Positions 1-10,000 of a stretch of 64,000 nucleotides of DNA are shown here, one piece after another. Under the pieces are notes generated by a model, which ran no database searches, was not told the origin of the DNA, and saw only the letters and a program-made list of their open reading frames with translations. The DNA lies in NCBI GenBank assembly GCA_019058315.1, contig JAHPZH010000001.1, forward strand, positions 817,208-881,207, given 5' to 3'. The DNA is from Candidatus Helarchaeota archaeon. GTDB lineage: Archaea > Asgardarchaeota > Lokiarchaeia > Helarchaeales > RDOG01. Positions within the stretch are counted from its first letter, which is position 1. Each line of letters begins with the position of its first letter. A program made the translations under genes and the position numbers.

Positions 1-333
1 TTCTAAACCTAATCTTAAAAGGTCCATTCCAAGCAATGCGGTGGGACCATCAGGTTCTTTAGTCCATACTGCTTCATTTCCAATAACAACTCCAAACTCA
101 TTTGCTCCCATCTCACCACCCCACATCCAAACTGGTTGAGATAGGATAATACCATAAGTTTCAGTAACTTGTGGGATGCTGATATAAGTGCATTTCACTT
201 GTTTTTCTGTTGTTTTTCGGTGAGGATAAAATACAATTGTTTGAATTTCGTTATAAGGACGGTCGCTATTTTTTCCAAAAATCATAGACCCATCTTTACT
301 AGCTGTTCCTAAAGCAACTAAAGTATCACACAT
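1..333 (-). CDS. Secernin / peptidase C69 (Ntn-hydrolase) family protein, 5' part only (runs off window start)
   Basis: Not in ORF track. Manual translation from ATG at 333: [31 protein letters not shown]...TYISIPQV...[29 protein letters not shown]...[13 protein letters not shown]-terminal Cys nucleophile plus KNSDR and WxWGxEMGANExGVxIGNEAV motifs. Confidence 0.92.
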   Translation of the reverse strand, partial: MCDTLVALGTASKDGSMIFGKNSDRPYNEIQTIVFYPHRKTTEKQVKCTYISIPQVTETYGIILSQPVWMWGGEMGANEFGVVIGNEAVWTKEPDGPTALLGMDLLRLGLE

Positions 334-578
334 CTATAAATCTCCATAATTAAAAAATTTGATACGACTTATATAAAGAAATATCTTTACTAACTTTTTT
401 ACATTTTTGAATTTATATGGATGAAAATAAATTAATTTAGAACCATTATCAAAATATTAAAAATAAGCAGTTCATTTTTATTTAGTATAAAGAAATCACG
501 AAATAAAATATAAAGAATATTGTTAAGAGGCTGGTAAAATTTCAAGATAAATCTGAAGATCTCGATACACAAATCAAC

Positions 579-1526
579 GTGATTAAAGAACGTCTTGAAA
601 GACTTAATATCAGTGAATTTCCTACTCAACATGCAGAAAGTCAGTATAATCTTGGGAAATTGCTATTAGATCGTTTCAAACGTGATAATAATAAAGAAGA
701 TCTTATTAAAGCAGAAATTTCTTTTAGACTAGCTGAGACTATTAATACTATTGATGCAAATCCTTATGAATTTGCCAAAATTCAATTAATGACTGGTATG
801 GTATATTTTCACTTAGCAGAATTTCAAGATCCTGAAGCATATTTATATAAAGCGATTAATATGATTTACCAAGCTCTTAATATCTTTACAGATAAAAAAT
901 TTCCAAAGTTTTATGCGAAATCTCAAATTACTTTAGGAAATATTTATAGATGCCTCGCTGATATTAAGAATAGAAGTGAAAATATTAGCCAAGCGATTGA
1001 TGCTTACGAAAAGGCTTCAAAAATTTATAAGAAGGAGAAAGATAGCAAAGAATATACAAATATTCAATTAAATTTAGGAGCCTCCCACATTATTCTTTCA
1101 AAGGTAAAGGATAAGGAAAAAAATTTAGATAAAGCGTTTGATGCATTTAACGAAGCTATTAAATTATTAAGCATTGATAGAGATGCTTTTAGTTACGCCA
1201 AAATTCAATGTGATATTGGTGTAATTTATATGATGCTTTCTCAAATTCGAGACGAACAAAAAAATTTATTTAAGGCTAGCCTTGTTTTTAAAGTTGCTTT
1301 AAAGGTTTTTACAATTGATGATTATCCATTTGAATTTGCTACAACTCAAAATAACCTTGGACTAGTTCATCTCATGCTTGCTAATTTACAAAACCCAAAT
1401 GAAAATCATTTAAAAGCAATAGAAGCATTTAAAAACGCTCTAGAAATATTTAATGAAAAAGATTATCCTTCAAAACATAAAAAAATAATGTCAATTCTAA
1501 AGAGTTTAAAGCAGCAGACAAATTAA
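579..1526 (+). CDS. TPR-repeat protein
   Basis: Repeated ~40-aa units such as YAKSQITLGNIYRCLA...NISQAIDAYEKA and FATTQNNLGLVHLMLA...AIEAFKNAL. Start uncertain (frame open further upstream). Confidence 0.85.
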   Translation: MIKERLERLNISEFPTQHAESQYNLGKLLLDRFKRDNNKEDLIKAEISFRLAETINTIDANPYEFAKIQLMTGMVYFHLAEFQDPEAYLYKAINMIYQALNIFTDKKFPKFYAKSQITLGNIYRCLADIKNRSENISQAIDAYEKASKIYKKEKDSKEYTNIQLNLGASHIILSKVKDKEKNLDKAFDAFNEAIKLLSIDRDAFSYAKIQCDIGVIYMMLSQIRDEQKNLFKASLVFKVALKVFTIDDYPFEFATTQNNLGLVHLMLANLQNPNENHLKAIEAFKNALEIFNEKDYPSKHKKIMSILKSLKQQTN

Positions 1527-1628
1527 TAATCAATTTGTGAATTTTTAACTAATTTTTAATTAATTTTATTAAATTTTTTAAATATAAACTACATATTAGA
1601 TAAATAATAAGCAATTTGAGGACTAAAT

Positions 1629-2153
1629 TTGAAAATACTTATAACTTATTATTCAGAAACTGGAAATACAGAAAAGATAGCTGAGAGCATAGGAGAAGGA
1701 ATTACCAAAGAAAGTCCAACAATAAAACAAATTAAAGATGTGGATATCAACTCGCTTAATAATTACGAACTGGTTTTTTTTGGTTCTCCAACACAAGCAA
1801 ATGGATTACCAAGTGTTGCTAAAAAATTTTTAAAAGCATGTTCCGAAGATGCCTCCTGTAAATTTGCGATATTTTCAACACATGGAAGTTCAGAATCATC
1901 AGGATACTCAAGTTTCTTTAAAGCAGTAAATAAAATTTTGGGAAAGAAGAATATAACTGTTGTAGATCAGTTTGATAGTGTTGGTGAACTAAAAAATGAA
2001 CAGGTAATCCAAATGCTGAGAAGTGCAATGCCTGATATGATTGATAACATGATCAATAATTCAAAAGGACGTCCAAATGCAAATGATCTGGACAAAGCTA
2101 AGGAATTTGGTAAGCAAGTCATAGAGAAATTATCTGCAAAAGCCCAATTATAG
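1629..2153 (+). CDS. Flavodoxin family protein
   Basis: YYSETGNTEKIA FMN-phosphate loop, VFFGSPT, AIFSTHG, C-terminal PNANDLDKAKEFG. Confidence 0.9.
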   Translation: MKILITYYSETGNTEKIAESIGEGITKESPTIKQIKDVDINSLNNYELVFFGSPTQANGLPSVAKKFLKACSEDASCKFAIFSTHGSSESSGYSSFFKAVNKILGKKNITVVDQFDSVGELKNEQVIQMLRSAMPDMIDNMINNSKGRPNANDLDKAKEFGKQVIEKLSAKAQL

Positions 2154-2235
2154 ACAAAAATAGAAAAATTACGCTTTTTTTTATTTTTTTATGAATTCCT
2201 GAAGCTTTAAAAGATTAAATTCCAAATCTAATAAT

Positions 2236-2688
2236 TTAAACAGTATATAAATTCAGTTTAGATTCTTTATCCGTCTTCGTAGGCTCCCAATCTGGAAATG
2301 TAAAGACATAAGAGACGACCCGTGCACCAGGTTTTAGCTCCTCTTTCAATTTTTTCATCATTTTATTGTTGGTCTGTTGTAAAAGATACATTGTAACAAC
2401 ATCAGCTTCACTTATATCACGTAAGAAAATATTTCCCCATTTCACATGTACTTTATCTTGAAGCCTTTCGAGAAAAATTCTGAAGTTTGAATAAGCGACT
2501 AAGATTGCATTAAGCTCAATTCCAACAGCTTTTGCATTAAATTCAGTTGCTGCGATAATTAAAATTCTGCCATCTCCAGATCCTAAATCATATAATATTT
2601 CATTTGGCTTGAGTTCTGCAAAATTTAACATTTTTCGAATTTGTTTTTTACTTGTTGGAACCCATGGGGCATCTAAAAAAATTGACAT
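2236..2688 (-). CDS. Class I SAM-dependent methyltransferase (FAM173/archaeal lysine MTase-like)
   Basis: APWVPT, DLGSGDGR, VGIELN, ADVVTMYL, ELKPGARVVS. Confidence 0.88.
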   Translation of the reverse strand: MSIFLDAPWVPTSKKQIRKMLNFAELKPNEILYDLGSGDGRILIIAATEFNAKAVGIELNAILVAYSNFRIFLERLQDKVHVKWGNIFLRDISEADVVTMYLLQQTNNKMMKKLKEELKPGARVVSYVFTFPDWEPTKTDKESKLNLYTV

Positions 2689-2801
2689 ATAAAACCCTTC
2701 AAATCTATTTTTCTTATAGTATAAATAATAATAAAAAAGATTAAGATAATACTTAATAAAAATATTTGGAGTCGTAGGAAAACAAAAAGGAGAAAAAATA
2801 A

Positions 2802-3911
2802 ATGAAAAAAAGATTAATTAAGACCAAAATTCTTTTAAAACAAAATTTCACCTTACTTATATCAATATTCCTTTGGTATTTACTCAATTTTATTATTATT
2901 TTCTTTTTAACAGAAGGAAACTTCCTAGAAACCTTATCTATCGTCTTTTATTTTCAGGTGCTACCAGGACCTTATGGAATTGTTTATCCTGAATTAAGTG
3001 AATTATTAATTTTTGGAATTATATTGACATTTATTATTACTGAGTTTTATAGGAAATATAATCCCCAACAGACCGCTTTAGAAGAAGCACGGTCAATGAG
3101 AGACCATACTATAATTATCGGATATAAACATCTTGGAAAACAGATTAGAAATTATCTAGTTGCAAATAATGAAGGATGCGTAGTTATAGAACCCGATGAA
3201 GATCTTGTTAGAGACTTATTAGATGAGGAGTGTCCAGTGATAATTAGAGAGGCTTATGATGTTGATGTATTAAAGGATGCAAGTGTGCAATATGCTAAAA
3301 TGGTATTTATAACTAAAAATGACCTAGATACTTTAATAGTTGCGACTCATAAAATTAGGGCTCTAAATAAGAGATGTAAGATTGTTTGTCGTTGTTTTGA
3401 TGATTCAGTTGCTGAAATAATAGAAAAAACCTTTAATTGTAGGACAATTTCAACTTCAAAATATGCTTCTGAATTTATTTTAAAAGAAATCCAAGCGAAA
3501 AATGTTAAAAAATCTATAATTATTGGGTATAATCGCATAGCAGAGAGGTTAATTGCAAGATTCAAGAATCAAGGCATAAATTACAAGATAATTGAAAGGG
3601 ATAGGGATAGGATCGAGGATATTATTGATGTTGAACCTGTGATTGTTGGAGATGCAAAGGATATAGATAATTTAAAAGAAGTCGGAATTGAAAACACTGA
3701 TTTAGTTATCGCTCTTGTCGACCGGGCGGATGAAGTAGTAGTAATAGCAGATAAGGTGAGAGATTTAAATAAGAATTGTGTTCTGATTTGTAGATTTTTT
3801 CATGAACATGTAGGAGAAATCCTTGGAAAACCTCCATTTAATGCAATAGTAATATCACGATCTAAGCATGCTTTAGATTTATTAATTAATGAAGGAATTT
3901 TCAATTTTTAA
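2802..3911 (+). CDS. Membrane protein with two TrkA-N/RCK domains (K+ channel/TrkA-like)
   Basis: Two N-terminal hydrophobic segments, then DHTIIIGYKHLG and SIIIGYNRIA Rossmann motifs, VIVGDA. Confidence 0.8.
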   Translation: MKKRLIKTKILLKQNFTLLISIFLWYLLNFIIIFFLTEGNFLETLSIVFYFQVLPGPYGIVYPELSELLIFGIILTFIITEFYRKYNPQQTALEEARSMRDHTIIIGYKHLGKQIRNYLVANNEGCVVIEPDEDLVRDLLDEECPVIIREAYDVDVLKDASVQYAKMVFITKNDLDTLIVATHKIRALNKRCKIVCRCFDDSVAEIIEKTFNCRTISTSKYASEFILKEIQAKNVKKSIIIGYNRIAERLIARFKNQGINYKIIERDRDRIEDIIDVEPVIVGDAKDIDNLKEVGIENTDLVIALVDRADEVVVIADKVRDLNKNCVLICRFFHEHVGEILGKPPFNAIVISRSKHALDLLINEGIFNF

Positions 3912-4033
3912 TGACAATCTTTTATTAAATTCATATATCTTTTTAATATTTCCCTATTTTATACCCTCAAATACATAAATCAACCATATTATATTTCATT
4001 AAAGAAAAAATAAAATCCAGAACTTTATGATAC

Positions 4034-7000
4034 CTACGATTTTTTAAGCATTTTAGAATAATTTCTTCTTTTTCTTTTCCATTTTCTTATAAACAAAATA
4101 GCAGTTACTCCAATTGAACCTAATATAACTCCAATTTGTGAAATCAAAGCCCAATTAGCATCATTTAATTTAGGGAATAGTAATATCGGATGTTTTCCTT
4201 TATTATTACCATAAATAATGATTACTGTCTCATTATTGTTAGAATCTGTATAATTTCCCGTCCAATCATAAGCTCTTGCCCAAATATCATGTGTTCCATT
4301 TGGACCAAACCAAAGAAATTGAAATTGGTCAGGTTGTATTCCTTCCCCAATTTTTACACTTCCCTTATAATATTCGACCTTTGCTATACCTGATAAATCA
4401 TCTGAAAGATTATTTACCCAAAATTCAACAGAATAATTATTTCGATGCCCATAGGTAAAATTAAATACATTTGGTGCTTTTTTGTCAATATATAAATGAA
4501 TCTTATCTGTTCTATTATTAGAATAATTATCATATGCCACAATGAATATTTCATATAAATCATCATTAACACTATCAATATCCCATATGAATTCGCATTC
4601 CGTCATTGATGATAGAAATGGATCTTTATTAATAGAATCCATCAAAACACCATCATCTTTAGGATCACCGATAAAAAATTCTACCTTATGAACTCCAGAA
4701 AACTGATCATAGACTTCAACCTTAATTGTAACATCACCATTTTTTGCTTCTCCGTCATTAGGTTCAATGATAATACATTTTGAGGGAGGATCTGGATCTC
4801 CAATATAAATCATCGAAGGTCCATCATCTGCGAAATTACCACCATTATCATAAGCTACTACATAAATCGAGTGATTTCCTTCATCAGTTCTGTTTGTAAC
4901 CCAAATAAATTTCCAAGAATCACCAAAGTTATAACTAGTTCCTATAAATTCTCCATTACTATCAGGATCTCCATCATAATATTTTACATAAGCTATATCA
5001 TTTGTATCATTAGCAGTGGCATATAATTCTATCGCTCCTGGTAATTGCGGAGATACTAATGGTGCAATTTTTACTAAATGTGGAGAACTCTTATCAATTA
5101 GAATTTGAATTTCTGAAATCTTATAATTACTATAATTGTCATATGCGCGAGTATAAATTGTTCTATAACCTTCTCCAAATCCCAATTCTGTTATATCTAA
5201 ATCAAAATAAAAATAACCATCAACAGCAGGTTCAAATTGTATTTCGATAGGTTCATCCACTGTACTTGAAAGATTATCATATAATATCACATTATCAACT
5301 CCCGATTCGGGATTATTACTCAAATCAATATCTTCGGCTTGTACTCTTATTCTTGCCGTCTCTCCTACTATATTATCTGGTTTTGTGTTATTATTCTGAT
5401 CTACAAGATCTATCTCACAGATTCGAGGAGGAACATTATCTCTTGTATAATATTCCCAAGGATCATGAGATTTACTTAAATTTTCTATGGTAAAAGCTAA
5501 AGTCTGATATCTTTTATCCCTATAAACATCAATAATATATTGATCTGCAATATTTCTCGTTGGTTGATCCTCGAAAATATAACCCATAGTCTTGGTTTCT
5601 TCTTGTCCAACCTCGATAGATTGCTCTACTACCCATTTATATGTAAAAGTATAGTCAAATTGGTATTTATATTTACTTGTAATTCCAGTATAGGTTCCAA
5701 ATCCTAATGGTGCAGAAATATATCCAATTGAATGTCCCCAATCATGCCCCAATTTAACATACGCTCTAATATTACAACCCGTATTCGTGCTTAGTAAATA
5801 AGAAACAGCCTCACTATTCTCCTCTTCATAAGTGTAGGTTTGTCCACCACCTGTTAAAAACAAATTATCTTTAAGTTTTGTTGCCTTAGGGTATAATATT
5901 GATATTATACTTGATGTATCTTCAATACTTGACGGAATTTCATCATCTAATTCAGACGAATCGACAATATTATCATATACCAAATTAGCTCTTTTTAGTG
6001 CTTTTAATAATTTGGGTAATTTGGTGTTATTTTTAAAAGCTGTGGATATCTCTTGCATAGTTATTTGAATTTCACCACCCAAATCCATCCAAGTATAATA
6101 TTTATATTCAGGTGGTGCTATTATTTCTCCTTTAGAATTGTATTTAGTAATTTCTACCAAATAATAATAATCTAACTTATATCTTCCCCAAATTACATCC
6201 CCTCTACCAGGTCCCATAAATTCTTTATCGTTGGATTTTGATGATGTTATTTCTTCTGTGGTCTTTTCATAAATTCTCCAAGAATTATCATTTGTCCATT
6301 CAATAAAACCACCTCCCCCTATACCACCACCAAAACCATTTATTGTAAAAATGGAAATCATATCATGTTCATAACTTGTTTTTAAATTTATTTTAAGATC
6401 AATATATCTTTCAGAACCTTTTTTGATATACCCATAGCTACCAGTCCCAGGAGGATCATAAATTATTCCATATATCACAGGAATATCAAATTCAGCGCCT
6501 TCTTCAATAATTCTTTCAGTTATGAAAATTTTTTCATCAGCAATATATTCATCAGTATTATCAGGATCTTCTGAATTATATGTGTCATTTCCGAGAAATT
6601 CATAATGAAATTTATCGATTCTTAATGAATCTAATACTAAAATATCATTCTGGTTAATTGCAAGATCTATATTATTTTTAAGACCATTAGGAACTAAAGA
6701 CCATCTAAATTGACCCCATTCTGATTTAAAATTACCATGTTTATCAAATTTCTGTATTCTCGAATTCCCTATATCTAATACATAAACACCTCCACAATAA
6801 TCTCGCACAACTTTGTAGGGACCAATGAAATCTCCACACATGGATCCATACTTTCCCCATTCTCTCAAAATACTCCCATTCTCATAAATTACTTTAATCT
6901 TATTGTCTAATAAATCTGTAATATATATTTGATCTAAATCATCATTTGTAAATACACAAATACTGGTGGGTAATTTCAAATCTACATCTGAAATAGAATA

Positions 7001-10000
7001 ATTTAATTCCGCCGAAGTCAAGTTATAGATATATGACCTTATGTAATAATTTCCACTTTGATTTTCAGCTAAAATATTTATTTTATCAGTAATATAAAAA
7101 TCTATGAAATTTAGATTTGGTTCATAAATAATTGTATTGAAGTACTGTATCTCATCATCATATATTTTTATTGTACTATCAGAATCCATTACTATTAAAT
7201 AATTATTACTATCTATATCAATACGAAATGGAGATTCCAGTCCGGAATCACTTAGAGTCTTTCGATAATAACCGGATGAATTATAAATTTTAATACTATT
7301 ATCTATTGAACTTATACCAAAGATATAACCAGTAGTATTCATAATGACTTCTGTCCAACTTTCATCATCCGTTAATTGAAAAGTAAGCTCTGGAGGAATC
7401 TCTTGTGAACCATATTTATATAGCATTGATTGGTTACTACTTATGTTCTTGAAAATATATACATCCCTGAAATAATCAATTGAAAGAGAAATATCTTCTG
7501 ATTCATTATAATTAAATTCATATCTACTGGTTAAATCGCTTTCATTTGAAAATTTAAGAATTTGAGCTTCACCATCTAATTTATTTAGAAGATAAAGATT
7601 ATCCTTTTTATCCATGAATATTTGGTGTTCAGTTAAATTTTGATCAATATGCCAGCGCTCTGAAATTTCTTGTGCTTCCCAATCTATTTTTAAAATTTCG
7701 TTAGTAGAATGAGAAAGATAATATAAGTTTCCTAACGAATCTACTTCAATTTGATTTTTTAGTCCTTCACTTGAAATTTCACCACTTCCATTATAATTAC
7801 TAAGAGAACAATAATGATCCATTTCTTTATTACGACCTTCATAATAACCCTCTGACCATGAGAAATCTACTGCATCCACATAGTTTTTATAACTACCAGA
7901 TTGAAAATTTTCAAACTGAATGTAACTATATGGAGTGCTATCAGAAGAAAAAGCATATTCCCCAGATGTTGGATATCTTATGTCATTTATAAACAAGTAC
8001 CATCCACTAGAAACATTAAACACAACTTTAAAATGGTACCAAGTATTATCTATAGCACTGCAAATATAAAATAAATCGCTTCCATTTTTTCCCGTAAAAT
8101 GGTCATTATTAATATAAGCACGACAATATTTTGAGCTGCCAGATTTCGGTGCTATAGTGAAGCGAAACTCATAAAAATTATTTACATCAGTGCTTTGTAT
8201 ATAAAACTCAACTATGCCATTATCATAATCATCTCCAAAAGAATATTCTATTTTATCATCCACCTTAACCATCTCTACTACCTTTTTATGACCTATAACC
8301 TCACTAACAACTTGAACAGTTGTTGGTAAAGTTTCCTCAACAGTCCAACCACTAGGATTACACCCAATTGTATCATTTGTAAAACTAAATAAACCTTTAT
8401 AATGTCCAGAAGTATAAGCAAATTTTAAAATTTCTGAATTAGTTAAACAATATATAGATTGATTATCATCTATGACAATGCTTGATAAATTATCATAATT
8501 GGTGATATTTATTTGGTATATTTTTTCACCATCAAGAGCATATATAACCACATGTTCCGGTCCATTATCGTCATGAAGAGCATGATATAAGAATGATACA
8601 TTTTCAAAGTTTTTTATTTCAATATCAGTCCCTGTACCATTTAATCCTGAATTAAATGTCGCTAAATAGTTACCATAATTATCAAATTTATATATTAAAT
8701 TATCTTTTAATGCATAAATATTACCCTGTTTATCAAATGCAGGTGATATTGATGTATTAAGAGAACTCTGAGTAAAATTGGGTTCTATTATTGAAAGCAA
8801 AGATGGAAAATTTTTTAGATATCTATATTTCAAAATTGAATTATTCGTTGTAATTAGAATATTATCATTCAAATCAACACATACATCAAGTGGGGTTGTT
8901 GTATTTATGTCAATTTTCGCAAAAATAATTAAACCTGTTAAAATATACAGACTATGGTTGTTATAATCTGGATCTGTATCAATTAAATATAATCTATTAT
9001 GCGAATCGTAATATAATCCCAATGGATTATTAAATGTATTATTTATTTTAGATGAAGGTTCTCCTGTTGAGTCGAATATAATTAAACTTTTATTTTCCCC
9101 ATCCGAAACGGTTAAACTACCTTCAGAATCTATAGCAATACCATAAGGTTCTTGGAAATAATGAATTTCATCTTCAATCTCGTAACTATCCCAGTCTGTA
9201 ATATACATATAACCTAAAATTTCTCGATTTTCCACTTCTTTATCAATGAAGAATTTTACTATTCGCTTATTATTTTTATCAACAACATAAAGATAATCAC
9301 GATTTTCTTTATCGGTATAAACTTCAAGATCATTGGGGAAGCTGAAAGTATCATTAGCTGCCCATGTATTGAAGTTAAAAAAATAAATAGAGTCTGAAAA
9401 TATATGGATTCTATTATTTCCAGAATCTGCTACATAAATATAACCATCAGAATCAACTGTAATTCCACCAGGATTATTAAATTCATATTCAACAGAGGGA
9501 GAGCCATTACCCCATTTCTTTATAAAATTGCCAAATTTGTCAAATTTGACTATTACATTATTTGCAGAATCACATACATATTGATTTCCTTCAGAATCAA
9601 CAGCCATTCCTCTTGAATTATTTAAATTCATATTCCCATATTGACTCCATTTATCAATGTATGTTACTGTCGGAATTTCAAGTTCAGGAATGACAGTTCC
9701 CACTTGCCATAAAAAGTTGGTTTCATTATCATATTTTTGAATTCTATAGTTTAATGGGTCAGCAAGATAAAAATCATCTTGTTGGTCTATTACCAAACCG
9801 TTTGGAGCGTAAAATTCTCCTTCTTCATAACCTAGAATTCCCCAACTGCTTTCATTAATATAATCGCCTGAAAAAGTAAATTTTTGTATTCTGTGGTTAA
9901 GTGAATCCATTATATGAACATCCCCTTCAGAATCGAACGCTATATCTGTAGGTTTCGAGAATTCGCCTTCCTTATCACCGAACTTCCCCCATGTGCCTAA

